Shown here one piece after another: positions 38,393 to 46,337 of a DNA stretch of 64,000 nucleotides; the first letter of the stretch is position 1, and each line of letters begins with the position of its first letter. The notes under the pieces were generated by a model. That model was not told where the DNA came from. It was given only the letters and a program-made list of their open reading frames with translations, and did not search any database. Made by a program: the position numbers and the translations under genes. Source of the stretch: Alphaproteobacteria bacterium (GTDB taxonomy: Bacteria; Pseudomonadota; Alphaproteobacteria; Bin95); NCBI GenBank assembly GCA_963665325.3, contig OZ224045.1:1440001-1504000 (forward strand), read 5' to 3'.

Positions 38393-38728
38393 ATGGAAGA
38401 CTTCGACCCTAGGCTGCTGCGCACCTTCCTTCATGTCGCCCGGGAAGGGAGCTTTTCGGCTGCCGCCCGGCGCATGGGCCTGTCGCCGAGCACGGTTTCG
38501 CTTCGGGTGCGGACGCTGGAAGAGCGGCTTGGAACGACACTGTTTCATCGCGGCCGCCGCGGCGTGGCCCTGGCGCCTTCGGGGTCGGGCCTGCTGCCGG
38601 CGGCCCGGGAAATCGTCGCCATGAACGACCGGCTGTTCGAACGCGCGGCTTCGATTTCTGTCCCGGAATCCGCCGCGCCCGGCCTTCCGCGCCGCGCGGA
38701 TGCGCCATCCGCCACCCCGGACCCCTGA
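38393..38728 (+). CDS. LysR-type HTH-only protein (no effector domain)
   Basis: LLRTFLHVAREGSFSAAARRMGLSPSTVS..VRTLEERLG..LF.R; ends after the linker helix in a Pro/Ala tail. Confidence 0.75.
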   Translation: MEDFDPRLLRTFLHVAREGSFSAAARRMGLSPSTVSLRVRTLEERLGTTLFHRGRRGVALAPSGSGLLPAAREIVAMNDRLFERAASISVPESAAPGLPRRADAPSATPDP

Positions 38729-38776
38729 CGGCGCCGGGTCATACCGGCGGCAGCGGGCCGCGCGCCGCGCTCCGCT

Positions 38777-38887
38777 CTCTCCTCATCCTGAGTAGCGCCC
38801 GCGCGAGCGGGCGCGTATCGAAGGACCGTTCCGGTGCCGGAAACGCCTCCCTCGATACGCGGCTGACGCCGCTACTCGGGATGAGGG
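38777..38887 (+). repeat. 111-bp palindromic REP-like doublet (CCTCATCCTGAGTAGC...GCTACTCGGGATGAGG), copy A
   Basis: Self-complementary ends; near-identical inverted copy at 45104-45214. Confidence 0.85.
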
Positions 38888-39256
38888 AAGTGGAGCGGGC
38901 CAACGGCAGTGGCCGCGTCGCCAGAGCGGAATCCATTTGAATTGAACCGCAACCGGAACCGAACCCAAAACCGTCACCCCGGCCCCCGAGCCGGGGTCCA
39001 GAACCGCCTTCGAAACCTGGTCAGGCCCCGGTAGACTGGACCCCGGATCTCCGCTCCGTCCGGGGTGACAATTGAGGCTCCGCGTTCGACTTCGTTTCAA
39101 CTCGAACGGACCGTGCTCTAATCGCGATGAGGGGGAAGTGCAGCGGACCAACGGCAGTGGCCGCGTCGCCGGAGCGGAGTCCATTCGAATTGAACCGCGA
39201 CTGGAACCGAATCCAAAACCGTCACCCCGGCCCCCGAGCCGTGTGTGGACGCCTCC

Positions 39257-39508
39257 CTGGATGCAAGCAGTTTTTTCGGCTTGGTCGGGCCTATGCGGTC
39301 AGGCGGAGTCGTGTGTCCGGTTTCCCTTGTGCGGCACTTGAGTTGCCGCGGGCCAGTATGGAGATACGCGGATCGGGTCCATATCGGGGTCATGCGCTCG
39401 CGGCGCGCCGGCTCAGCCTGGTTTTCCCGATCCCGTCTCATTGACCGTTTGCCCTTACCCCTTGCCTCGGCCTGCCTGCATCCTCCGACGGCTCGCCGCA
39501 CCGCCTTC
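39257..39508 (-). ncRNA. Putative seekRNA/bridge RNA of the IS1111-type element (exact ends unknown)
   Basis: Non-coding region downstream of the recombinase contains GAGCCG(G) and GACCCCG around a GCGC hairpin (both target halves ending in the CG core) and ACACACG (donor end). Confidence 0.72.
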
Positions 39509-40540
39509 TCAGGCGGCTGCGGGAGCCCGGTAGGTCTCCTTCTTCACGGCCAGCGCCCACAGGATGCGCGCCATGCGATTGGCGAGCGCGACGGCGACCA
39601 GCTTGCGCTTCCCTGGCTTGCTCGCCAGCAGGCGCGCCAGCCAGGGATCGTTGCACTTGCCCCGGCGGATGGCGTTCTGGATCACCGACATCGCCCCGAC
39701 CACCAGCAGGCGGCGCAGGTCCTTCTGGCCCATCTTCGAGATCTTGCCGAGCCGCGGTTTGCCGGCTGTACTGTGCTGGCGGGGCGTGAGGCCGAGCCAG
39801 GCAGCGAAGTCGCGCCCCTTGCGGAAGGTTTCGAGCGGCGGGGCCAGGGCCTGGAGCGCCAGCGCCGTGACCGGCCCCACCCCCGGCACGGTCATCGCGC
39901 GGGCCGCCTCCTCGTCCTCGCGCGCGGCGGCCCGCAGCGTCCGGTCCAGCTCTCTGACCTTCCCGTCCAGCTCGGCGATCCGTTCCAGCAGCAGTGCCCC
40001 CATCTCGTGCGTCAGCGCCGGCAGAGACGCCCCCTCTTCGCCCTCAAGTGCCCAGGCCAGACGTGCCACATGCGCCGGCCCCTTGGGAGCTACAAGGCCG
40101 AACTCCGCTAGATGGCCCCGCAGCGCGTTGATCGTCTGCGTGCGCTGGCGCACCAGAAGCATGCGCACCCCCAACTGCATCGCCCCCGCCTGGCTCTCCT
40201 CGCTCTTCACCGTCACGAAGCGCATGGTCGGGCGCTGCGCCGCCTCGCAGATCGCCTCCGCGTCCGCCGCGTCGTTCTTCTGCCGCTTCACATAAGGCTT
40301 CACATAAATCGGCGGGATCAGACGAACCTCATGGCCCAGCTTGCCGATCTCGCGGCCCCAGTAATGCGCACCCCCGCACGCCTCCATCGCAACCGTGCAG
40401 CGAGGTTGAGACAACAGAAACGCCAGAACCCGACCCCGCGACAGCTTGCGACGGAACGCCACCGAGCCGTCCGAATACGCGCCGTGCATCTGAAAGCTGT
40501 TCTTCGACAGGTCCACCCCGATGATGCTAACCTCCTTCAT
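39509..40540 (-). CDS. IS110 family DEDD recombinase (transposase)
   Basis: IGVDLSK, MEACG, KNDAADA, VPGVGP, AAWLGLTPRQHSTAGK, VALANRMAR. Confidence 0.95.
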   Translation of the reverse strand: MKEVSIIGVDLSKNSFQMHGAYSDGSVAFRRKLSRGRVLAFLLSQPRCTVAMEACGGAHYWGREIGKLGHEVRLIPPIYVKPYVKRQKNDAADAEAICEAAQRPTMRFVTVKSEESQAGAMQLGVRMLLVRQRTQTINALRGHLAEFGLVAPKGPAHVARLAWALEGEEGASLPALTHEMGALLLERIAELDGKVRELDRTLRAAAREDEEAARAMTVPGVGPVTALALQALAPPLETFRKGRDFAAWLGLTPRQHSTAGKPRLGKISKMGQKDLRRLLVVGAMSVIQNAIRRGKCNDPWLARLLASKPGKRKLVAVALANRMARILWALAVKKETYRAPAAA

Positions 40541-41266
40541 TGGATGCCTCCTTCCCATTGGGGGTTTCAACAACACCACCATGGCACATTGCGATGCCGT
40601 CGGATGGAGGCGTCCACCCTATCGGGGTCCAGAACCGCCTTCGAAACCCGGTCGAGCTCCGGTAGTCTGGACCCCGGATCTCCGCGCTCCGCTCCGTCCG
40701 GGGTGACAATTGAGGCTGCGCGTTCGCCTTCATTTCAACTCGAACGGACCGTGTTCTAATCGCGATGAGGGGGAAGTGCAGCGGGCCGACGGCAGAGGCC
40801 GCGTCGCCGGAGCGGAATCCATTTGAATTGAAGCGAAACTGGGACCGAACCCAAAGCCGTCACCCCGGCCCCCGAGCCGGGGTCCAGAACCGCTTTTGGA
40901 ACCTGGTCAAGCCCCGGTAGACTGGACCCCGGATCTCCGCTCCGCTCCGTCCGGGGTGACAATTGAGGCTGCGCGTTCGCCTTCGTTTCAACTCGAACGG
41001 ACCGTGTTTTAGAGCGGAATTCATTCGAAGTGAACCGCAACCGGAACCGAACCCAAAACCGTCACCCCGGCCCCCGAGCCGGGGTCCAGAACCGCTCTCG
41101 AAACCTGGTCAGGCCCCGGTAGACTGGACCCCGGATCTCCGCGCTCCGCTCCGTCCGGGGTGACAATTGAGGCTGCGCGTTCGCCTTCATTTCAACTCGA
41201 ACGGACCGTGTTCTAATCGCGATGAGGGGAAAGGGCGCCAGGCCGATGGCAGGGTTGCCGTCGCTA

Positions 41267-42589
41267 TCAGAACTGGCGTACGAAGCTGAGCTCGGCGCGG
41301 TCGCGTTCATAGTCGAGCGCCTGGGCGTTGGTCTCGCGCTGTTCGTTGATGAGCGAGAGGCGCGGGCTGAAGCCGAGCACGGTGACGGCGCGGTTGTGGA
41401 CCGAGAGCGAGAGGATCCGGGTCTTGTCCTCGCGGGGCTGCCGGTCGCGCGTGCGGTGGCGGAAACCCCGGCCTTCATAGTCCGTCCATACCATCGTCGC
41501 GCGCGCGCCGACGGTGAAACCCAGCGGCAGGGCCAGCGTTGCGCCAAGGCTGGCCGTCGGCCCGTCGGTGCGCCAATCCTCCTCCTCCGCGCGGCTCCAG
41601 TTCCAGCCGGCGTTTCCGCCGACGCGCAGGATCGGCAGCGCCACCCAGTTCGCGCCGAGCGAAACTTCGCCCACCGGGCCGTCCAGCCAGTCGCAGTCCC
41701 GGCAATTTCGTTCGCGAAGCCCGGCGCGACCCTGCACGGAGAGGCGCGGGGTCAGTTGTCGCGCCGCTTCCAGACGAAGGCCGTACTGGTCGGTCTCGGG
41801 TGTGCCGCTGCTCCATTGCCGCTGCACGGTGGCAAGCAGGCTGCCTTCCGTACGGGCGTCGATGAGCCAGCGCGGCCCGAGATAGGCGGACGCGAACTGC
41901 CGGTCGAACAGGCCGCCCTTGTATTCGCGGACCGAGGCGTCCGCCCCGGAGCGCAGGCGCCAGCGGGCCGCCAGTGGATACTGGTATTCGCCGCCGCCCC
42001 ATACGGAGAGGCCGAGCCCGGACTTCGGCGCGGTTTCCGCACCGCGGAGGAAGGGCAGCCGGCCCCAAGGCGTGTCGAGCCAGATTGTCCGGTTGTCTGA
42101 GGCGGTATTGAGATTGCTGTCGGGCGCCACGGCGAAGCCGAACCGCGCTTGCCAGCGCCGCCTTGCGCGCATGATATTCAGGAAACGCTGGATATTGGCT
42201 GCGACCGCAGGTGGCAGGTTCCCGGCCAGCGCGTGTTCGAAGTGCCGACGCGCCAGTGTGTCCTCCTCCTTCATGAAGAAGGCGCGGGCGAGTTCGAGCC
42301 GCACCCGCACAAGCTCCGGGCGGTCGATCAGGATCGACCGGAAGACGGAGATCGCTTCATCCAGCCGGGCGTCCCGCGCCTCCGGCGAGGCGGCTCCATG
42401 GGCGGCCTTGAGAGCGTTCATGCCGATCTTGAACTTGAGAGCGGCGCCGAAATCGGCCGCGGCATCCGGAGGCGTTGCAGGTCTTTCCTTCGCTGGGGCC
42501 GCAGTTTGCGCGAAGCCACCGGCCGGAGCCAGCAGGACAAGCAACAGCGGGAGGAACGAAAGTAGGCGAAGGGACCGGGGCGGCTTCAT
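41267..42589 (-). CDS. Surface lipoprotein assembly modulator (Slam/DUF560, type XI secretion outer-membrane protein)
   Basis: Signal peptide; TPR-like RPELVRVRLELARAFF...ARRHFE; APDSNLN; amphipathic beta strands; C-terminal FVRQF; adjacent to a TbpB-like lipoprotein. Confidence 0.82.
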   Translation of the reverse strand: MKPPRSLRLLSFLPLLLVLLAPAGGFAQTAAPAKERPATPPDAAADFGAALKFKIGMNALKAAHGAASPEARDARLDEAISVFRSILIDRPELVRVRLELARAFFMKEEDTLARRHFEHALAGNLPPAVAANIQRFLNIMRARRRWQARFGFAVAPDSNLNTASDNRTIWLDTPWGRLPFLRGAETAPKSGLGLSVWGGGEYQYPLAARWRLRSGADASVREYKGGLFDRQFASAYLGPRWLIDARTEGSLLATVQRQWSSGTPETDQYGLRLEAARQLTPRLSVQGRAGLRERNCRDCDWLDGPVGEVSLGANWVALPILRVGGNAGWNWSRAEEEDWRTDGPTASLGATLALPLGFTVGARATMVWTDYEGRGFRHRTRDRQPREDKTRILSLSVHNRAVTVLGFSPRLSLINEQRETNAQALDYERDRAELSFVRQF

Positions 42590-42618
42590 TGCGAGCCTCG
42601 AAATGCATCCGAAGACAA

Positions 42619-42646
42619 GAAAAAGAGGGCGGCCCGGAGGCCGCCC
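42619..42646 (-). terminator. Rho-independent terminator between the lipoprotein and Slam genes
   Basis: Minus strand GGGCGGCC-TCCG-GGCCGCCC followed by TCTTTTTC. Confidence 0.7.
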
Positions 42647-42679
42647 CCATAGGTGCTGGTCTTGTCGGTAAGCGGCGTC

Positions 42680-44587
42680 CTATTGCGTCGCTGCCGGCGT
42701 CCACTCGCTCCCGTCTGCACCGAACGCACCGACGACACCCTTGTAGCCGGCGGGGTCACCGTCAGCGTCGGTCAACTGTGCAGTAATGGCGCTGAAGTTG
42801 CCGGCGACGCCTGTCGGCGCTCCGACCGGGGTCGCTCTGCCGCCGGGGCCGTAGAGCTGCGCCATCCAGTTGCCGCTCCAGACCACGCCGTCCGCCGTGC
42901 CGCCGGTCGTGCCGGCATTGTCGAAAGTGCCCGCGGCGTTGATCGCGGTGCCCTGCAACGTGACGCCCCAGTCGTTCTCTCCGCCCTGGTTGGCATCGTT
43001 CGGAGAATCGGGGTTGTCGGTGTCGATATACCGGCCCGCGCTATCCCGGAAGTTCTGGATAGTGCCCGACAGCATGTCGCCGCTATCGGTGAAGGCGGCG
43101 GTCAGGCCCGCATCGGCGGTGAACAGGCCGTGGGCTTCCCCGTTCACATAGTAGCCCGCTGCCTTGCCGGCGAATGTCGCCGTCCCGTCAGCCACAGTGC
43201 TTACGCCGGCGTATGTTTCCATACCGTCGTAGAACACGCCGATATCGTGGTGGCCGTTCAACATGTTGTCCGGCGCCGTCAGCCACACACCGAAGGCCAC
43301 CCAGTCCTGATCCGGGATCGTGACCTCCTCACCCGCATCGGGCATGAAGTGCCATTGGCCAGCGGACAGCGCGAACGGTGTGCCGCCGGTTGTCGCCCTG
43401 CTGATCTGGCAGGCGTCGTTGGTGCATTTGAACGTGCCGCTCGCGCCAAAATACTCGCCCCGGATCTCATCGTTGTCATCGGGATGGGCAACCAGCCCGC
43501 TGAAGGTCTGGCCGGACGGTGAGATCAAAGCATTCGCTACCTGCGGCGCGGAAAGTGCATCTGCCGCGTCCTCGATCACTACGGTGTTGTTGGGATCGTC
43601 GGTGTCGTCGTTGCCGTCCGTTGCGCTGCCCGTACCGTAGTTGACCGTGAGGGCAAACCAGGTCCGCAAGCCGCCCGCACCCGTAGTAGCATCGGCCAGC
43701 ATGGCTGAGACATCCTCGAAAGGCACCGATGTAGCCGGGTCCACGCTGGAGTAGATCAGCGCCGCCGTCTCAATGCCGGCATCGAGGCCGCCTGCGGTGT
43801 CGCCCCAGTCGGCGTGAAGCACCTTGTGCGACCAGTCGGTGAGGCCGAGCGCGCCCGCCTGCACCATCCCGATGTCATTCGACGCGTTGTCGTCGTCGGC
43901 CATGGCTCTCAACGTCGAGGTCGCCACATTGGGGTCGAAGGGACCCATCAGGGTGACGCTGTTGATGTCATCCGCGCCGGCGTTGGCAATCTTCGGGTCG
44001 GAACCCCCGATCGTTCCGGGGCCCTTCAGCCCGCCGAGGACGGCGGTATCGTCCGCACCATCTAGGGTCGGGGGGGTTGCAGTCGAATCGCCCGCTTCAC
44101 CGATAGTGTTCATCATCCGCCCGGCGAGCGTCGCTTCGTTCGGCTCGTTCATGTTCTCCAGCGGATCGATGAACGTGGCGGTGACTTCGCCGCCGGTCGA
44201 GGTGGCGGAAACGCCGTTGACATTTCCGTCCGCGTCCTTCGTCACGGTGATGTTGACCGTGCAGGTCCCGGCGTCCTCGTCGGCATCACAGACGAACCTG
44301 ACACCGCCGGGCGACCACATGTAACCGTCGGCCGCGGTGATGTCATGCGTCTTCGTCGTCCCGTCCGGAAGCGCGTCGGTAAGCGCCGCGTGGAAACCGG
44401 TCGTCTGCGGAATATTCGCAATCGCGACGTGTGCCGGCGTAGGATCCACGCTCGGGGCCGGGGGCGGATCATCGCTCCCCAGCCCACTACTACTACTGCT
44501 ACTGCCGCCACCGCCGCAGCCGGCAAGCGCCAGCGACAGGGCGAGGGCGCCTGCAGAAAGCGCCCAGAGTTTCGTTCTCGATGTCAT
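42680..44587 (-). CDS. Slam-dependent surface lipoprotein with a C-terminal TbpB-like beta-barrel
   Basis: Lipobox LAGC followed by a GGGGSSSSSS linker; Asp/Thr/Gly-rich; ATFAGKAAGYY, AGLTAAF, SGTIQNF, GNWMAQLYGP, PTGVAGNF, GAFGA. Confidence 0.8.
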   Translation of the reverse strand: MTSRTKLWALSAGALALSLALAGCGGGGSSSSSSGLGSDDPPPAPSVDPTPAHVAIANIPQTTGFHAALTDALPDGTTKTHDITAADGYMWSPGGVRFVCDADEDAGTCTVNITVTKDADGNVNGVSATSTGGEVTATFIDPLENMNEPNEATLAGRMMNTIGEAGDSTATPPTLDGADDTAVLGGLKGPGTIGGSDPKIANAGADDINSVTLMGPFDPNVATSTLRAMADDDNASNDIGMVQAGALGLTDWSHKVLHADWGDTAGGLDAGIETAALIYSSVDPATSVPFEDVSAMLADATTGAGGLRTWFALTVNYGTGSATDGNDDTDDPNNTVVIEDAADALSAPQVANALISPSGQTFSGLVAHPDDNDEIRGEYFGASGTFKCTNDACQISRATTGGTPFALSAGQWHFMPDAGEEVTIPDQDWVAFGVWLTAPDNMLNGHHDIGVFYDGMETYAGVSTVADGTATFAGKAAGYYVNGEAHGLFTADAGLTAAFTDSGDMLSGTIQNFRDSAGRYIDTDNPDSPNDANQGGENDWGVTLQGTAINAAGTFDNAGTTGGTADGVVWSGNWMAQLYGPGGRATPVGAPTGVAGNFSAITAQLTDADGDPAGYKGVVGAFGADGSEWTPAATQ

Positions 44588-44844
44588 TTCTACGAGGCTC
44601 CCCTCTTTTCTCAATCGTGGAGAGGCCCCCTTGGAGAGGCCTCGTGGCGAAGCGGAATCATACCGGCTTCAATTTCCGAAGCAAGATAAAAACACAATGT
44701 AGAATTTTATATCAAGATATTTGTTGCACAAAGGCCACAGCGCGCGGCCGGCAACGGAATTCCGGCCCTCTTCCCGTCATACCCGGACTCGTTCCATTGC
44801 TGTCCGGTTTGGACTTGGCGAACGGGGCGCCTTGCCCCCCTCTT

Positions 44845-45007
44845 GTCGCCCCGGCCCTCCAATCGTCGTCCCGGACTTGATCCGGGACCCAGCACTGCCG
44901 GCGCAGCCCGCAGGGGCCTCGACAGGCTGGACCCCGGCTCGTTGGCCGGGGTGACAAGTAGTAGTTTGCCGGAGTGACAAGTAGCGGGTGGCCGGGGTGA
45001 CAGGTAA
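44845..45007 (+). repeat. REP doublet (GTCGTCCCGGACTTGATCCGGGACCCA...TGGACCCCGGCTCGTTGGCCGGGGTGAC) plus 23-bp tandem repeats, copy 1
   Basis: Direct copy at 45281-45469 and inverted copy at 48945-49096; GTTGGCCGGGGTGACAAGTAGTA repeated about 3 times. Confidence 0.85.
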
Positions 45008-45103
45008 TACCGGCAGCGGTCGATCGGAACCGATAGCGAGGGGCCCCTGCCGTCGGCCCCGTCCTCTTTCCCCTTATCCCGAGTACCGGCGTCAGCCGTT
45101 TCC

Positions 45104-45214
45104 CCCTCATCCCGAGTAGCGGCGTCAGCCGCGTATCGAGGGAGGCGTTTCCACCGGTGGTACGGTCCTTCGATACGCACCCGCTGGCGCGGGCGCTACT
45201 CAGGATGAGGAGAG
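45104..45214 (-). repeat. 111-bp palindromic REP-like doublet, copy B (inverted relative to 38777-38887)
   Basis: Reverse complement matches copy A except in the central loop and a few substitutions; partial tandem copy at ~45068-45098. Confidence 0.85.
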
Positions 45215-45280
45215 GACCGGGACGCCGAGCCAGGCGGACGCCCGCGCTCTCCGCCTTGCCGCCCCCCACGCCCCCCTTTA

Positions 45281-45469
45281 GTCGCCCCGGCCCTCCAATC
45301 GTCGTCCCGGTCCTCCAATTGTCGTCCCGGACTTGATCCGGGACCCAGCACTGCCGGCGCAGCCCGTCGGGGCCTCGACAGGCTGGACCCCGGCTCGTTG
45401 GCCGGGGTGACAAGTAGTAGTTGGCCGGGGTGACAAGTCCGGGGTGACAAGTAGTAGTTGGCCGGGGTG
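45281..45469 (+). repeat. REP doublet plus 23-bp tandem repeats, copy 2
   Basis: Near-identical to 44845-45007. Confidence 0.85.
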
Positions 45470-45574
45470 GCGAAGGGGTCGTCTGCGGCGCGGCGATCAG
45501 GGGGAGAGGGCGCGCGCGGGGGCCGGGGTCCGGGCCTGCCGGGCGGTCCGCTGCCGCGCCGAACGCGGCGAATG

Positions 45575-46024
45575 TTACGAATGGCGGCGTTGGCGCCGCC
45601 GCGTCCCCCGCCCGCTCTGCCCGGCGCGGCGGTTTTCGCGCTCCAGGCCGTGGCGCTTCAGGAAGCGCTGCACCGTGGACTCGTGAACCGCCACCCCCTC
45701 GGCGGCGAGCGCGTCGCGCAGCCCGGCTATGGAAAGCTCCGGGCGCGTCGCCAGAATGTGCAGGACGCGCTCGCGCTCCGCCTCGATTCGCGAGGCCCTG
45801 CCGCCCTGCTTGCCGGGCCGCAGATGGCCGTGTTCGCGAAACTGCGCCACCCAGCGGCAGACCGTCGTCCTGCCCAGCCCGAGGCGCCGGGCTGCGGCGG
45901 CGGGGCTGACGCCCTCATGCAGCACGGCCGCCACCGCCACGCCCCGCAATTCCACGTTCACCGCCCGGCCCTTCTTCGGCCCCGGCAGGGTCGCCGCCGG
46001 CCCGTCGGTCGATTCGTTCGTCAT
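45575..46024 (-). CDS. Stand-alone IS630-type tandem HTH protein (transposase DNA-binding half, no DDE domain)
   Basis: ELRGVAVAAV..G.S..AAARRLGLG..TVCRW...RE.G...PGKQGG...LRDALAAEGVAVHESTVQRFLKRHGL resembles IS630 OrfA; GGAGGAG RBS; no OrfB downstream. Confidence 0.7.
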   Translation of the reverse strand: MTNESTDGPAATLPGPKKGRAVNVELRGVAVAAVLHEGVSPAAAARRLGLGRTTVCRWVAQFREHGHLRPGKQGGRASRIEAERERVLHILATRPELSIAGLRDALAAEGVAVHESTVQRFLKRHGLERENRRAGQSGRGTRRRQRRHS

Positions 46025-46337
46025 CGCGTCTTCTCCTCCGGCTCCGCCGCCGGTCTTCGCCCAGGTTGACTGCAAAAAGCAGCCCGTTTCCGCCCAGGTT
46101 GAGTGCAAACAGGCGCATCCCGGACACACCTCTCCTTGTCAATCGGCTTTCAATAATGACCCCCTATCGGCGTGCAAAATTGACCCCCTGAGAGGCACGG
46201 TGGAGGTTGTCCCGGTAGTCAATAGGGGGGACCCGCGCGGCTTCGTGTAGCGTCTCACGCTACGCGGAGCGAAGCCGCGTGGGGGGTCCCTGTTGACCCA
46301 CCGGGGCAACCGGGCCGCAGGGGAGGCCGGCGGCGGG

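Larger units (their letters stand above)
39242..40624 (-). mobile_element. IS110 family, IS1111-type insertion sequence inserted in a REP stem
   Basis: Subterminal inverted repeats GTGGACGCCTCC (39245-39256) / GGAGGCGTCCAC (40606-40617); CG core on both sides (39240-41, 40623-24); removal restores GAGCCGGGGTCCA; long non-coding region 3' of the recombinase gene. Confidence 0.93.
38881..41229 (+). repeat. Tandem array of four ~200-bp MITE-like units (38923-39120, 39171-40758 interrupted, 40809-41011, 41010-41215), each with an internal REP doublet; ~50-bp repeated linkers
   Basis: Units begin (T)AGAGCGG/GGAGCGG and end G(C/T)TCTA/GTTTTA; ~25-bp imperfect terminal inverted repeats; internal CGTCACCCCGG...CCGGGGTCCA / TGGACCCCGG...CCGGGGTGACA. 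Confidence 0.9.

Noticed and set aside
39290-39297. CCTATGCG as the second donor guide of the IS110 RNA
   Set aside because: It resembles the IS end CCTAT-CG but has a 1-nt insertion and the wrong orientation relative to the other donor guide; left unassigned
38739-39501. Short ORFs across the repeat regions (also 40521-41163, 44707-45450, 48897-49204)
   Set aside because: Translations of palindromic repeats with no RBS or domain support
38881-41229. CRISPR array (regular repeats; GTTTTAGAGC at 41006-41015 resembles a type II-A repeat start)
   Set aside because: Units are ~200-250 bp, the intervening sequences are themselves repeated (no unique spacers), and no cas genes are present; GTTTTAGAGC is just the junction of two units
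44941-45469. 23-bp repeats as a mini-CRISPR
   Set aside because: Repeats are directly adjacent with no spacers and derive from REP ends
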